NCBI GenBank assembly: GCA_943356745.1 | Contig: CALRFT010000002.1 | Coordinates: 7,124-71,123 of the forward strand | DNA from: Parcubacteria group bacterium | Lineage (GTDB): Bacteria > Patescibacteriota > Minisyncoccia > Phycocordibacterales > CSBR16-119 | DNA length: 64,000 bases | Direction: 5' to 3' | Shown here: one piece after another, positions 1-10,685 of the stretch | Numbering within the stretch: position 1 is the stretch's first letter | How the letters are laid out: each line of letters starts with the position of its first letter | Translations under genes and position numbers: made by a program | The notes under the pieces: model-generated | What the model saw: only the letters and a program-made list of their open reading frames with translations | What the model was told of the DNA's origin: nothing | Databases searched by the model: none

Positions 1-1877
1 AAAGTCTCCCAAAAGACTCTCTTGATTATTTTTCAAGTAAAGAAATTTCACTTGGAGATCTCGTTGAAATACCGATTCGTAAACAAACTCACAAAGCAAT
101 CGTGGTAGCAATCAGTGATGCAAAGGAACAAAAAGCAGAACTCAAAGAAGCAGGTTTTCAACTTCGCCCTATAAAAAAAGTTATAGGACCTTCACCTTTT
201 GATGCTCAATTTTTAAAAACACTCACAGAATTACAAAAATATTACATCGGTAACACAAGCCAATTTTTCTCAGAATCAATTTCTCAAGTTATTCTTGATT
301 CAGTCGAATCACTCAAAAAACCAGATTTTGAAATTAAGAAAAATGAATTCAAAAAAGAAACCCTTGTACTTCAAAAACCACTGAATGAAAGAATTGGATT
401 TTACAAGACACTCATCCGTGAATCTTTTGCAAAAGGAGAATCTGTACGTTTTATAGTACCAACCATCCAAGATGCGAATATTCTTTTTGAAACTCTATCA
501 AAAGGTATTCAGGATTATTCTTTTTTGATTCATAGTAAAAAAAATCAAAAACAAATCATCGAGTCTTGGAATACTATAGTTTCGAAAGACCACCCAATCT
601 GTATCATTCACACACCTCAGTTTCTTTGTATTCCAAGACACGACACTGGCGTGATTATTCTTGAACAAGAAAATTCACACCATTTTCAATCAAACAAAAG
701 ACCTTATATTGACGGACGAATTCTAACAGAACTGTTTGCTCGCATACACAACACGAAGCTTATTATGAGTGATACACTTCTCCGAACAGAAACTCTAGTG
801 AGACAACAAAACCAAGAACTCGGAACAGTTGATAATTTGTTTTTCAGAATTGATTCACCTGCTGAACATATTGTGGTGGACATGAGAAAAGAAGAACATA
901 AGGGAGAAATTTTGAGTTCAGAAGTAGCCAAGCAAATTGCAGAAACTTATAGACAAGGAAAAAAAATTCTTCTATTCGCTCTTCGCCCAGGACTCGCAAC
1001 TACAACAATTTGCAATGACTGTGGAACAACTCAAACCTATAAAGGATCACCTCTCACACTACACAGCAACCCTGATACAGGAGAACGATTTTTTAAAAGT
1101 AAAAAATATAATAAAGAATTCAGAACGAATGTAGTCTGCCACAATTGCTCGAGTTGGAATCTCCAAGCGCTTGGTATAGGAACAGAAACTGTTGAATCTT
1201 TGGTTACAAAAAATAATCAAAACCTAACCGTGTTTCGAATTGATCAAAATCAGAATCATACTCCGAAACAAATAAAAACGACTCTTGAAAAATTTGAAAA
1301 ACATGAAGGTGGAGCAATTTTAATTACGAGTCAGATTGGAATTCCCTATCTTTCTCAAAATATTTCTTTGTCTTGTATTGTTTCTCTTGATAGCTTGTTC
1401 AATATTCCTCAATTTAATATGTATGAAAAAATCACACATATTATTATGGACATTTCTTCAAAAACAACGGAAACTTGTTTTTTACAAACCAGATTCGCCG
1501 ATCAAAAAATCACCTCAATTCTTCAAAGTAAAAAATTATTTGATTTTTTTGAATACGACATGGAAGAAAGAAAATTTTGGGAATATCCACCTTTTTCAAC
1601 TATCATAAAAATGTCTTATGAAGGACCGAAGAAAGAAGTTTCATTGATTGAAAACTATTTAAAAAAGACTTTTGAAGGCTATGAATTTTATACCTATCAC
1701 TCTCGAGGGACCTCAGAAACAAAAACACTAACACATGTCATCATTAAGGTTCCAGCAAAATTCTGGCCTTTTCCTTGGGAAAAAGGAACCCAAGAAGAAA
1801 CTAAAAAGCTCAAGGAAAAACTTGATATTTTCCCACCATCTTGGTCTATTGCTATAAATCCCCAAAATATTTTATAA
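1..1877 (+). CDS. priA: Primosomal protein N' (PriA)-like, 5' partial. Frame is open to the window start. Contains the C4 zinc-binding cluster CNDCG...CHNCSS; the helicase core looks degenerate.
   Basis: The ORF continues upstream of position 1 without a stop. Cys-x2-Cys...Cys-x2-Cys zinc finger and segment similarity to PriA (HS..S..R, IIGTRS-like, DEEHD-like region degenerate). Confidence 0.5.
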   Translation, partial: SLPKDSLDYFSSKEISLGDLVEIPIRKQTHKAIVVAISDAKEQKAELKEAGFQLRPIKKVIGPSPFDAQFLKTLTELQKYYIGNTSQFFSESISQVILDSVESLKKPDFEIKKNEFKKETLVLQKPLNERIGFYKTLIRESFAKGESVRFIVPTIQDANILFETLSKGIQDYSFLIHSKKNQKQIIESWNTIVSKDHPICIIHTPQFLCIPRHDTGVIILEQENSHHFQSNKRPYIDGRILTELFARIHNTKLIMSDTLLRTETLVRQQNQELGTVDNLFFRIDSPAEHIVVDMRKEEHKGEILSSEVAKQIAETYRQGKKILLFALRPGLATTTICNDCGTTQTYKGSPLTLHSNPDTGERFFKSKKYNKEFRTNVVCHNCSSWNLQALGIGTETVESLVTKNNQNLTVFRIDQNQNHTPKQIKTTLEKFEKHEGGAILITSQIGIPYLSQNISLSCIVSLDSLFNIPQFNMYEKITHIIMDISSKTTETCFLQTRFADQKITSILQSKKLFDFFEYDMEERKFWEYPPFSTIIKMSYEGPKKEVSLIENYLKKTFEGYEFYTYHSRGTSETKTLTHVIIKVPAKFWPFPWEKGTQEETKKLKEKLDIFPPSWSIAINPQNIL

Positions 1878-1920
1878 AATCTTGCGTTTTTAAATCCTTT
1901 ATGGTATTGTTTTTGACGTT

Positions 1921-2151
1921 ATGAAAAAAACCGTTATTATTGAAGATAAACGACAAGGAAACGAAAGTAGTGCAAATCTCTTGCGACGATTTTCACGACG
2001 CGTGAAGGATTCAAATATCGTTCGAGAAGTTCGAAATAATCGATACGCCTCACGAAAACCTTCTTCTCTTGTAACCAAAAAGAGTGCTTTGCGAAGAATC
2101 ACAAAACAAGCAGAGATTACAAAACTCAAAAAACTTGGTAAGATAGGATAG
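1921..2151 (+). CDS. rpsU: 30S ribosomal protein S21
   Basis: 76 aa and very basic. The motif ANLLRRFSRRVKDSNIVREVRNNRYASRKPS resembles the S21 consensus (RRF.R...G...E.R.R..Y.KP). Confidence 0.65.
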   Translation: MKKTVIIEDKRQGNESSANLLRRFSRRVKDSNIVREVRNNRYASRKPSSLVTKKSALRRITKQAEITKLKKLGKIG

Positions 2152-2547
2152 ATGGAACGCACTGACGGTAATCTCACTATCACCCGCACAACAAAAGGCA
2201 AGCTTCCAAGCTTGCCTTTTTTGGCTGTAAAAAATCATATTCTCGGAAAAAAGTTTACTCTTTCTCTTGCTTTCATTGATTTACCAACAATGAAAAAACT
2301 CAGCAAAGAATACAAAGGTGACGACACTCATACAAACATCCTCACCTTCCCTCTTGATACACAAGAAGCCGAGATTCTTATGAATCTTCAAACTGTTCGA
2401 AGTGCCGCAAAACACTTTGACATGAAATACCAAGAACATCTTCTATTTCTTTTTATTCACGGATGCCTTCACCTGAAAGGATACAAACATGGACCTGAAA
2501 TGGAAGCTTTGGAAGAAAAACTTTTGGTAAAATTTTGGGAAAAATAA
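2152..2547 (+). CDS. ybeY: Endoribonuclease YbeY (rRNA maturation factor)
   Basis: Motif H-G-C-L-H-L-K-G-Y-K-H matches the YbeY zinc-binding signature HGxLHLxGYDH. Confidence 0.8.
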   Translation: MERTDGNLTITRTTKGKLPSLPFLAVKNHILGKKFTLSLAFIDLPTMKKLSKEYKGDDTHTNILTFPLDTQEAEILMNLQTVRSAAKHFDMKYQEHLLFLFIHGCLHLKGYKHGPEMEALEEKLLVKFWEK

Positions 2548-2664
2548 AAAGCCTCTTTGGAGGTTTTTTATTTTTCCCCTTATATAAAAAAAACTTTGTA
2601 GTACAATATCTATGTACTTTTTCAAGGAAATGTCTTTAATACATTTCTTTCTTTTATGTAGTAT

Positions 2665-3840
2665 ATGTCAAAAAATATTACAGTTGGTATTGATATTGGA
2701 AGTCACGAAACACGCGTGATGGTTGTTGAGTATGCAGATGATGGACAAAGAAAAACAACACGAATCATTGGGATGGGATCTTCTGAAACAAAAGGTGTTC
2801 GACATGGGTATGTAGTAAACCCGGAACAAGCATCTGAATCAATCCAAAAAGCAGTATCTCAAGCAGAGCATGCTTCAGGAATCAGAATAAAACAAGCTGT
2901 TATCTCAATCTCAGGAATCAGCCTCGCTTCTCACATTGGTACTGGATCTTCAATTATCTCAAAAGCAGATAACGAAGTAACTCATCTCGATATACAAAAA
3001 GCTCTCAACGACGCAGAAAGCAAACTTTCTGTTCCAAATAAGCAAATCATCGAAACTCTTGTTCTTGAATACAAACTCGATGCAAAACGTGTCTTTGGAC
3101 GTCCAGAAGGAATGAAAGGAATCAAACTTGATGTTACTGTTTTGTATGTAGCAGCTCTGAAGCAACATATTGACGATCTTATTCTTTCAGTTAACCAAGC
3201 AGGGGTTGATGTCATCGATGTTGTTCCGAGTCCTCTTGCTACAAGTTTTGTTACTCTTTCTGAAAAACAAAAAACTGCAGGTTGTATGCTTCTTGATATT
3301 GGTGCTGAAACAGTTTCCCTTACTGTTTTTGAAGATAACCAAATCATCTCACTTCATGTATTTACCATTGGATCAAATGACATAACAAACGACATCGCAC
3401 TTGGTCTCAAAATACCACTTCCAGAAGCTGAAGAAATAAAACAAGGTGTCTTGATTGGAAATGTTCCCCAAGGAGATGTTGAAACAATCATAGAAGCAAG
3501 ACTTACAGATATTTTTGAACTTGTTCAAAAATATCTCAAAAAGATTAAACGAGACGGACTCTTGCCTGCTGGAGTTGTTATAACAGGTGGAGGATCTCAA
3601 ATCCCAATCACTGAAACTCTCGCAAGAAAAATCCTGAATGTTCCCGCAAGTCTTGCTCGTATTCCAACAAATAGCAAGAAAAATCCTCTTCTTAAGGACA
3701 TGAGCTGGCTTGTCGTATATGGCCTTTGTATGTCAAAACGATACACAGCAAGTGGAAACACAAGCTACAACCCTGTTTCAAAAACACTTTCTCATATAGG
3801 ACAATTCTTCAAATCCATCATTAAGCAGTTGAAGCCGTAA
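2665..3840 (+). CDS. ftsA: Cell division protein FtsA
   Basis: Actin-like ATPase motifs: VGIDIGSHETRV, ISISG, VITGGGSQIP. Sits immediately upstream of ftsZ. Confidence 0.85.
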   Translation: MSKNITVGIDIGSHETRVMVVEYADDGQRKTTRIIGMGSSETKGVRHGYVVNPEQASESIQKAVSQAEHASGIRIKQAVISISGISLASHIGTGSSIISKADNEVTHLDIQKALNDAESKLSVPNKQIIETLVLEYKLDAKRVFGRPEGMKGIKLDVTVLYVAALKQHIDDLILSVNQAGVDVIDVVPSPLATSFVTLSEKQKTAGCMLLDIGAETVSLTVFEDNQIISLHVFTIGSNDITNDIALGLKIPLPEAEEIKQGVLIGNVPQGDVETIIEARLTDIFELVQKYLKKIKRDGLLPAGVVITGGGSQIPITETLARKILNVPASLARIPTNSKKNPLLKDMSWLVVYGLCMSKRYTASGNTSYNPVSKTLSHIGQFFKSIIKQLKP

Positions 3841-3979
3841 GTAGTCAATAAGGACAAGCCCTGAAAATATTGATACTATATAACCAGCTTTAATCGGTCA
3901 TTAACATTTAAAACAAAAGCTCTTTTTTGATAGAGCTTTTTGTTTTGATAAAGCAACTTAATTTATAAATATCACTATT

Positions 3980-5233
3980 ATGGCAAAAATTAATTCAGAC
4001 GTAGAAACTTTTGCACGCATCAAAGTTATCGGAATTGGTGGTTCAGGTGGAAATGCAATAAACCACATGATCACTCGTGGAGTACAAGGTGTTGAATTCA
4101 TTGCAATGAACACGGACGTGCAAGATCTTCACCACTCAAAAGCAGATAAGAAAATTCATCTTGGTAAAAATCTCACCAAGGGACTTGGTGCTGGAATGAA
4201 TCCAGAAATTGGACGAAAAGCAGCAGAAGAAACCCGATCAGAAATTCAAGATTTCGTAAAAGGATCAGATATGGTGTTTATCACAGCTGGAATGGGAGGA
4301 GGAACAGGAACAGGAGCTTCTCCAACTGTTGCGCGAGCTGCGAAAGAACAAGGGATTCTCACTGTTGCAGTTGTAACACGACCTTTCTTCTTTGAAGGTA
4401 ATCAACGACTTCGAATTGCGGATGAAGGTATCCGAGCACTTGAAAAAGAAGTTGATGCCATCATTACAATTCCAAACGACCGACTCCTTCAAATCACTGA
4501 AAAAAATACAAGCTTCAATGAAGCCTTTGAAATGGTAGATGAAATCTTGCGACAAGCAGTAGAAGGTATTTCTGATATCATTACAAACCCAGGAAAAATC
4601 AACGTGGACTTTGCAGATATCAAAGCAATCATGGCAGACGCAGGATCAGCACTCATGGGAATCGGATATGCAGCTGGAGAAGGCCGAGCAGAAAATGCAG
4701 CGCTTCAAGCAATCAATTCCCCACTTCTTGAAATCTCAATCAATGGAGCAAAAGGAGTTCTTTTCTCTGTTGCAGGAAGTGAAGATCTTGGAATCCAAGA
4801 AATTCAAGCGATTGCAAAAATCATTACTGAATCAATCGACAAAGACGCAAAAGTTATTTGGGGTAAAACTCAAGATGACAAACTCAAAAAAGGAGAAATC
4901 CGAGTTACTGTTATCGCAACAGGTTTTCCAAATAGCACACAAAGAAAATCTTTGTTTGGTGCTCAACAGCAACAACAAATGATGTCAGCAACGACTTCAC
5001 GACCAAAAGAAGAGACTCGAGAAGAAATGATTGTTGAAGAAGAGACACAAGAAAGAAAATCTCAAAGACGAGAAGAACCAAAAGAAATTCGAAACTCTAT
5101 CCCAAAGGTAGAAGATTTTGAAGAACTGAAAGTACCAGAAAAAGAACCTATTGAAATTGTCGACGGTGATGATTTTGAAGAGGATGACGAAGACTGGTCA
5201 GCGGTTCCAGCGTTTCTACGAAGAAAGAAATAA
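3980..5233 (+). CDS. ftsZ: Cell division GTPase FtsZ
   Basis: IGIGGSGGNAINHM start and the tubulin signature GGGTGTGASP. Acidic C-terminal tail. Confidence 0.95.
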   Translation: MAKINSDVETFARIKVIGIGGSGGNAINHMITRGVQGVEFIAMNTDVQDLHHSKADKKIHLGKNLTKGLGAGMNPEIGRKAAEETRSEIQDFVKGSDMVFITAGMGGGTGTGASPTVARAAKEQGILTVAVVTRPFFFEGNQRLRIADEGIRALEKEVDAIITIPNDRLLQITEKNTSFNEAFEMVDEILRQAVEGISDIITNPGKINVDFADIKAIMADAGSALMGIGYAAGEGRAENAALQAINSPLLEISINGAKGVLFSVAGSEDLGIQEIQAIAKIITESIDKDAKVIWGKTQDDKLKKGEIRVTVIATGFPNSTQRKSLFGAQQQQQMMSATTSRPKEETREEMIVEEETQERKSQRREEPKEIRNSIPKVEDFEELKVPEKEPIEIVDGDDFEEDDEDWSAVPAFLRRKK

Positions 5234-5244
5234 TTACTCACCCA

Positions 5245-5270
5245 AAAACCGCATGAATGTGCGGTTTTTG
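5245..5270 (+). terminator. Rho-independent terminator after ftsZ
   Basis: aaaaaccgcatgaatgtgcggttttt hairpin followed by a T-run. Confidence 0.6.
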
Positions 5271-5299
5271 ATTTACTTAATCATGTATAATACCAAAGT

Positions 5300-6370
5300 A
5301 TGCGAATAATAGAAGAAACAAAACTAGATTATCAGGATGTATTACTTCGTCCAAAACGAAGTACTCTCACATCTAGAAAAGATGTTGATCTTGAACGTGA
5401 GTTTACTTTTTACCATTCCCCAAAAACATGGAAAGGAATTCCAATCATGACAGCAAACATGGCAACCTGTGGAACTTTTGAAATGGCACAGGTTCTAGCT
5501 CCGTACAAAATGATTACAACATTTCACAAATACTACACTGTAGAACAATTTGAAGAGTTTTTCAAAAGTTTTAATAACCCAGATTATGTTGCCTATACAC
5601 TTGGAATTCGTGATGAAGATTTTGAAAAATTAAAAATAATGCAAGAAAAAGATTTATTGAAACATTTTTCTTTTATCTGTCTCGACGTTCCAAATGGATA
5701 TCTTCAAAAATTTTTAGACGCCATTAAAATGGTTCGTACAATCTGCAAGGAACATATTATCATTGCTGGAAATGTTGTTACAAATGAAATGGCAGAAGAA
5801 ATTATTCTCGCTGGAGCAGATATTGTGAAGGTTGGAATAGGTCCTGGTTCTGCTTGTACAACCCGAAGACAAACGGGTGTTGGATATCCACAACTTTCAG
5901 CTGTGATTGAGTGTGGTGACGCAGCACATGGAATGTCAAACTCTCAAGGGGTTGGACGAATCATTGCAGATGGAGGACAACAGTTCCCTTCTTGTGTAGC
6001 GAAAGCATTTTGTGGTGGTGCAGATTTCAATATGTTTGGATCAATGTTTTCTGGATTTGAAGAAAGTGGAGGAAATTTGATTGAAAAAGATGGAAAACAA
6101 TTCAAAGAATATTTTGGATCTTCTTCAAACAAAGCAATGGAAGAATTTTATGGGAAAAAAGATTCGCACCGAGCAAGTGAAGGGCGATACACACTCATTC
6201 CATTCAAAGGAAGTATTCATAATTTCATTCAAGACCTTCTTGGCTCACTTCGAAGTACTGGAACATATATCGGCGCACAATTTCTGAAAGAATTCCCCAA
6301 ACGAGCAACTTTTATTCGAGTAAACAGACAGCTCACAACCTATCTAGAAACTTTTGATACGGGAAAATAA
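5300..6370 (+). CDS. guaC: GMP reductase (IMPDH/GMPR family)
   Basis: N-terminus [23 protein letters not shown] matches the GuaC start. TIM-barrel IMPDH/GMPR motifs [19 protein letters not shown]. Confidence 0.7.
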   Translation: MRIIEETKLDYQDVLLRPKRSTLTSRKDVDLEREFTFYHSPKTWKGIPIMTANMATCGTFEMAQVLAPYKMITTFHKYYTVEQFEEFFKSFNNPDYVAYTLGIRDEDFEKLKIMQEKDLLKHFSFICLDVPNGYLQKFLDAIKMVRTICKEHIIIAGNVVTNEMAEEIILAGADIVKVGIGPGSACTTRRQTGVGYPQLSAVIECGDAAHGMSNSQGVGRIIADGGQQFPSCVAKAFCGGADFNMFGSMFSGFEESGGNLIEKDGKQFKEYFGSSSNKAMEEFYGKKDSHRASEGRYTLIPFKGSIHNFIQDLLGSLRSTGTYIGAQFLKEFPKRATFIRVNRQLTTYLETFDTGK

Positions 6371-6391
6371 GCCTCTCAAGAGACTTGACTC

Positions 6392-7330
6392 ATGTGCTAT
6401 AATACAAATATGACTTACGAATTAATCATTATCGGAGGTGGACCAGCAGGATGCTCTGCTGCTGTTTACGCTGCACGAAAAAAACTTAAAACCTTACTCA
6501 TCACCTCAGAATGGGGCGGGCAATCAATAGTTTCTGAAACAATCTACAACTGGATTGGAACACCTGAGATCTCAGGTCATGATCTTGCCGAAAGTTTCAA
6601 AAAACATGTTGAATACTATCAAGGAGAAGATCTAGAACTCAAAACTGGATCATATGTAGAAAAGGTAGAAAAAACAGCTGAAGGATTTAAGGTATCTCTT
6701 TCAAATGGAGAATCTTTTGAAACAAAAACAATTCTCATCTCTTCTGGATCAGGACGACGAAAACTTGAAGTAAAAGGTGCTGATGTTTTGGAACACAAAG
6801 GACTTACCTACTGCGCAACCTGTGACGGACCGCTATTTTCTGGACAAGATGTCGCTGTCATTGGTGGAGGAAATGCTGCCTTTGAAAGTGCTTCACAACT
6901 TGCTCAGTATTGCAAAAGTGTAACCATTATTCACCGAGGTTCTGAATGGAGAGCAGAAGCAGTAACGGTTGAAAAAATTCTTGCAAGACCAAATGTAAAA
7001 TCAATCATGAATGCAGACACAACAGAAGTCTATGGAGAAAAATTTGTTGCTGGAATGAAATATAAAGATAAGGAAGGAAATGAACATGATCTTCCCGTAA
7101 CAGGTATCTTTGTTGAAATTGGACAAATTCCAAATACTGGAATTGCAAGTGAGGTAGTTGAGCTTGATGACTACAAACGAATCAAAATCGACTACGCAAC
7201 CCAAAAGACCACCACTCCTGGAATTTGGGCTGCTGGAGATTGCACCAATGTCCTCTATCACCAAAACAACATCGCAGCTGGAGATGCAGTTCGAGCACTT
7301 GAGGATATATACAAATACTTACACGCATAG
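6392..7330 (+). CDS. trxB: Thioredoxin reductase. The likely true start is the MTYEL Met at 6410.
   Basis: FAD-binding motif IIGGGPAGCSAA and redox-active CATCDG. Confidence 0.85.
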   Translation: MCYNTNMTYELIIIGGGPAGCSAAVYAARKKLKTLLITSEWGGQSIVSETIYNWIGTPEISGHDLAESFKKHVEYYQGEDLELKTGSYVEKVEKTAEGFKVSLSNGESFETKTILISSGSGRRKLEVKGADVLEHKGLTYCATCDGPLFSGQDVAVIGGGNAAFESASQLAQYCKSVTIIHRGSEWRAEAVTVEKILARPNVKSIMNADTTEVYGEKFVAGMKYKDKEGNEHDLPVTGIFVEIGQIPNTGIASEVVELDDYKRIKIDYATQKTTTPGIWAAGDCTNVLYHQNNIAAGDAVRALEDIYKYLHA

Positions 7331-7341
7331 CGCATACAAAG

Positions 7342-7366
7342 AACCCACCTTGAGTGGGTTTTTTGT
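7342..7366 (+). terminator. Rho-independent terminator after trxB
   Basis: aacccaccttgagtgggtttttt. Confidence 0.6.
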
Positions 7367-7425
7367 ATGTATTGACATAATTATATAATATTATATAATA
7401 TAAAAAATATTTAAAACTTAAGACG

Positions 7426-7683
7426 ATGAATAAAACAAACTCTCGAAAAGTAACTGAAACCAACTGGGAAAACCTCTTTATTGGGCTTATCGCACTTTTA
7501 TTATCTACAGCATCATTGTGTATCTTCATTGTTAATGCATTCAATCTAGAGTGGTCTTTTCCCGGGACTCTCGTAAGAGATATCCCCACCACCACAACTG
7601 CCCTTTTGGTATTCGCATTTACTCTTCTTCCTGCAGTTATTGCATTTCAAAACAGTAAAAGCGTTAGAACTGAGTGGTGCTAA
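7426..7683 (+). CDS. Hypothetical small membrane protein
   Basis: 85 aa with two hydrophobic helices. A terminator follows at 7708-7738. Confidence 0.3.
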   Translation: MNKTNSRKVTETNWENLFIGLIALLLSTASLCIFIVNAFNLEWSFPGTLVRDIPTTTTALLVFAFTLLPAVIAFQNSKSVRTEWC

Positions 7684-7796
7684 CATATTCAAAAGTATGA
7701 TCTTTCCCAAAACCCTTCTTCTGAAGGGTTTTTGTTTTATCTTTACATAAATACATATTTATGTCACAATAGCACCAAACCCTAAAATGTTATTTT

Positions 7797-8486
7797 ATGT
7801 CTCAAAAACAACTACGTTTCTTAAGTGATGGAACTCTTTGTTCCCTTTTTTCTCAAGGTTCTGTTAAAAGAAAACCTCGAATTGATCCATTTCTTTTCTG
7901 TGAATTTATTAAAAAAGACCAGGTGATAATTTTTAAAAAAGAAAAGATTCGCAAATTTATCATGGGAACCCTAGCGGTAAGCATAGTGTTCTCTGTTGGA
8001 CTTTTTGTGTTCAATTTTATCGATGAAGGAATTCTGGGAGTTTGTCTAACAATGTCTTTTATCGGAAGCCTCATGGTACATTACCTTTTGTTTCCCAAAG
8101 AAGACAGGAATAAAAAAACAAACAAAGAATACAGGGAAGCATTTTTCTCAATTCTTGAAAAAGAACAAACTCTTACTGAAGTCGGACTGAAAGAAATCTT
8201 TTACAGCCTCATTAAGCGAATCCAATTTTTAATGATTGGAGAGAAGAAATCTTCAACAGAAAATTTAAATCGAATCAAAAACATTATCTACTGCATCAAC
8301 CAGACACACGAAGAGAGAGGTATTGTATTAAAAGTTCCGTCAAATTTTAGTGGTATTTGTTCCCAGCTAAAACAACTGTTTCCCCAAGATGCCGACATTG
8401 ATCAATTCATTCAACAGCAATCTTTTATCATTCCCCCTGGAGTTACAGTAGACAAAACCATTCACATTGAAGAAACTCTTGCGTAA
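7797..8486 (+). CDS. Hypothetical membrane protein
   Basis: 229 aa with predicted TM helices near the N-terminus. A terminator follows at 8494-8528. Confidence 0.35.
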   Translation: MSQKQLRFLSDGTLCSLFSQGSVKRKPRIDPFLFCEFIKKDQVIIFKKEKIRKFIMGTLAVSIVFSVGLFVFNFIDEGILGVCLTMSFIGSLMVHYLLFPKEDRNKKTNKEYREAFFSILEKEQTLTEVGLKEIFYSLIKRIQFLMIGEKKSSTENLNRIKNIIYCINQTHEERGIVLKVPSNFSGICSQLKQLFPQDADIDQFIQQQSFIIPPGVTVDKTIHIEETLA

Positions 8487-8552
8487 AGCAAGGAACCGCG
8501 TCGCACAAGCGACGCGGTTTTTATTTTTCCCATTTATGAGTATAATCAAACC

Positions 8553-9179
8553 ATGCAAGGTTTCAGTGAACTCTTCTCAAATATTCTTTTCAGTCTTGGG
8601 CCAGTAACTCGAGAAGTTTTCATATTCTTTCTTGGTTATATCGAAGGACTTCCAATCATCGGCTCTCTTGTTCCTGGTGGCACCATGGCAATCCTCATCG
8701 GTAGTCTTTCAAAGGATGGATACATTGCCCCACTTCTCGCTATCAACCTCATTGCTCTTGGAAGTTTCCTCGGTGACCTCACAGGTTTTGTCTTTGGAAA
8801 ACAACTTCGAAAACTTGAATATGTAAAAAAGATGATGGAAAGTGAGAAGAACAAAAAACACTGGGATGTTTTTGACAGACACATTGCACTTGTAATCATC
8901 ATCGGAAAGGTTTTGCCGGTTGTGAGATCTACTCCTTCTCTTTTTGCAGGAATGCGAAAAATTCCTATTCATCGGTACGTAATCTACACACTCATCGGAT
9001 CATATCTTTGGGCTGTGATTGGAATCTATTCAGGAAGTGCTCTTGCAAATATTCTCGGGGACTATGCAGTACCAGTCATCATTCTCACAGTATTCGTACT
9101 TACATTTGGAAGTTTTGCTTACAATAAAATCAAAAAATATCAAAAACAAAAAAGACAAATAAAAGAAGCCGTCGAGTAA
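8553..9179 (+). CDS. DedA/SNARE-associated family membrane protein
   Basis: Multi-pass membrane protein with the DedA-like motif pattern (LGYIEGLPIIGSLVPGGTMAIL ... GKQL). Confidence 0.65.
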   Translation: MQGFSELFSNILFSLGPVTREVFIFFLGYIEGLPIIGSLVPGGTMAILIGSLSKDGYIAPLLAINLIALGSFLGDLTGFVFGKQLRKLEYVKKMMESEKNKKHWDVFDRHIALVIIIGKVLPVVRSTPSLFAGMRKIPIHRYVIYTLIGSYLWAVIGIYSGSALANILGDYAVPVIILTVFVLTFGSFAYNKIKKYQKQKRQIKEAVE

Positions 9180-9197
9180 ACTCGACGGCTTTTGTTT
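9166..9197. terminator. Bidirectional terminator hairpin between dedA (+) and the TrpF-like gene (-)
   Basis: aagccgtcgagtaaactcgacggctttt with A/T runs on both sides. Confidence 0.55.
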
Positions 9198-9970
9198 TAA
9201 ACTCTCACCCCTTGAAAAAGCGGAATAGACGCTTCCAAATACTTACGAACCTCGGAAAGATCCAAACCACCATGAGCAGCCTGCAACTTCCCTTCTGCAT
9301 CGGTAGAAATGTCTGGATACTGGTTTACAATATCAAGCAATTTCTGCTGAACATTTTCAGGAGATAAACCTCCTGCAACTCCGACTCCAAGATATGAAAT
9401 CGGACTAAACTCAGAAACAAGACTACCAATTTTTTGATGATCCAAATCGAGACCTCTTCCTCCCGACATATCAAGAAGAATGTGATCAATCGCTCTGTCG
9501 TATCCTAGAACAGCTTGGTAAATTTGTGTAAGGTCATTTCCTTTTTGAGAAAAAGCCTCATGTCCAACCTGAAGAACAAATTCAGCATTAGGATACTTTT
9601 CCTTATACCTCAGCAAATGTTCTTTGTCAGGCCAAGCCATATTGAGCTGAAACCCATGAAGGTTCTCACCTGCAAGTTGTGTGATTTGCATCAAATCATC
9701 AAAAAGGTTTGTAGGGTTATCACTTGAAAAATGAACCAAGTTGAGACAACCTTCATCATTCGTAAAAATTGATCCCAAATCTGTCATTTTTGGATATCGC
9801 AGAGGCCATTTGTTTTGAATTCCTTGCAAAGTCTTTGAACTCACAAGGACTCCGACCATTAAACGTCTTCCGACTATCGACGGATGAGTGTTTCGATTTT
9901 TGAGAACAATTTCAACTTGTCCTTGGTTCATAAAACCAGTAACTCCAATGTAGGGTGTTTTTTTATTCAT
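9197..9970 (-). CDS. Phosphoribosylanthranilate isomerase (TrpF)-like TIM-barrel protein
   Basis: Segments resemble the PRAI consensus: IGVTGF (KICGit), LHGFQ (qLHG.E), LLDMSGGRGLDLD (lLDa..GGtGk.fdW), VAGGLSPENV (lAGGlnpeNv). Confidence 0.45.
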   Translation of the reverse strand: MNKKTPYIGVTGFMNQGQVEIVLKNRNTHPSIVGRRLMVGVLVSSKTLQGIQNKWPLRYPKMTDLGSIFTNDEGCLNLVHFSSDNPTNLFDDLMQITQLAGENLHGFQLNMAWPDKEHLLRYKEKYPNAEFVLQVGHEAFSQKGNDLTQIYQAVLGYDRAIDHILLDMSGGRGLDLDHQKIGSLVSEFSPISYLGVGVAGGLSPENVQQKLLDIVNQYPDISTDAEGKLQAAHGGLDLSEVRKYLEASIPLFQGVRV

Positions 9971-10006
9971 AAAAGTACAATTTAAAGGGTTTATTTAAAT
10001 CATACT

Positions 10007-10537
10007 CTAGCATAAAAACCCACAAATCGAAAACACCTCGCAAGAGGTGTTTTTGATTTGTATAGCCATACGTTCACGAACCCCTTTCAAAAACATATCA
10101 GGATTATTTTTAATTTCTTTTTTTAGCTCTTCTTCCGTAAACCACCTTATTTCAGCGACCTCATCTTCTTGTATTGTAAAATCATTAAATCCAGAAGGTA
10201 ATGTTAACAAAAATTCCTGACTAAAATATTGATACTTTGTACTAACTCTTCTCTTCTTTCCAAGAATAGGCTTTATGTTTACAAGTCCTAATTCTTCTTG
10301 AGACTCTTTTATAATATTTTCTTCATAAGTTTCATTTTCTTCAACAGTTCCCGCAACTGCTGGTCCCCATTTACCTGGATCATGTTTTTTATGAAGTGCC
10401 CGTTTTGCAAGTAATATTTTTCCATCGGTATCAGTGATCCACAAGTAAGAAACACGGTAGATAGAATTCTCATCACGACCGTCTCTTTCTTTGTAATCTA
10501 TAATGTTGTCATTTTCATCAACTATCGGTATTTTCAT
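10007..10537 (-). CDS. NUDIX hydrolase
   Basis: Nudix box GTVEENETYEENIIKESQEELGL (Gx5Ex7REuxEExGu). The last ~15 codons are encoded by a palindromic terminator hairpin. Confidence 0.75.
   Translation of the reverse strand: MKIPIVDENDNIIDYKERDGRDENSIYRVSYLWITDTDGKILLAKRALHKKHDPGKWGPAVAGTVEENETYEENIIKESQEELGLVNIKPILGKKRRVSTKYQYFSQEFLLTLPSGFNDFTIQEDEVAEIRWFTEEELKKEIKNNPDMFLKGVRERMAIQIKNTSCEVFSICGFLC
10012..10051. terminator. Palindromic bidirectional terminator-like hairpin (copy 1)
   Basis: acaaatcgaaaacacctc-gcaa-gaggtgtttttgatttgt. ~18 bp stem with A/T runs on both sides. Confidence 0.5.
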
Positions 10538-10685
10538 GTTTAAATATTATCACAAAAACAGCTCCGAAAGGAGCTGTTTTGTATGCTTCTCGTGCTAGCA
10601 CGAAATGGTGACCCCTCTCCGAGGACTGCGTTTTACATACAATCGCTTTGCTCTTGTGTAAAACGGGAGCCTCCGGTACCCTCCG

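Noticed and set aside
4611-4982. 123-aa plus-strand ORF inside ftsZ
   Set aside because: Alternative frame wholly within the confidently assigned ftsZ coding sequence.
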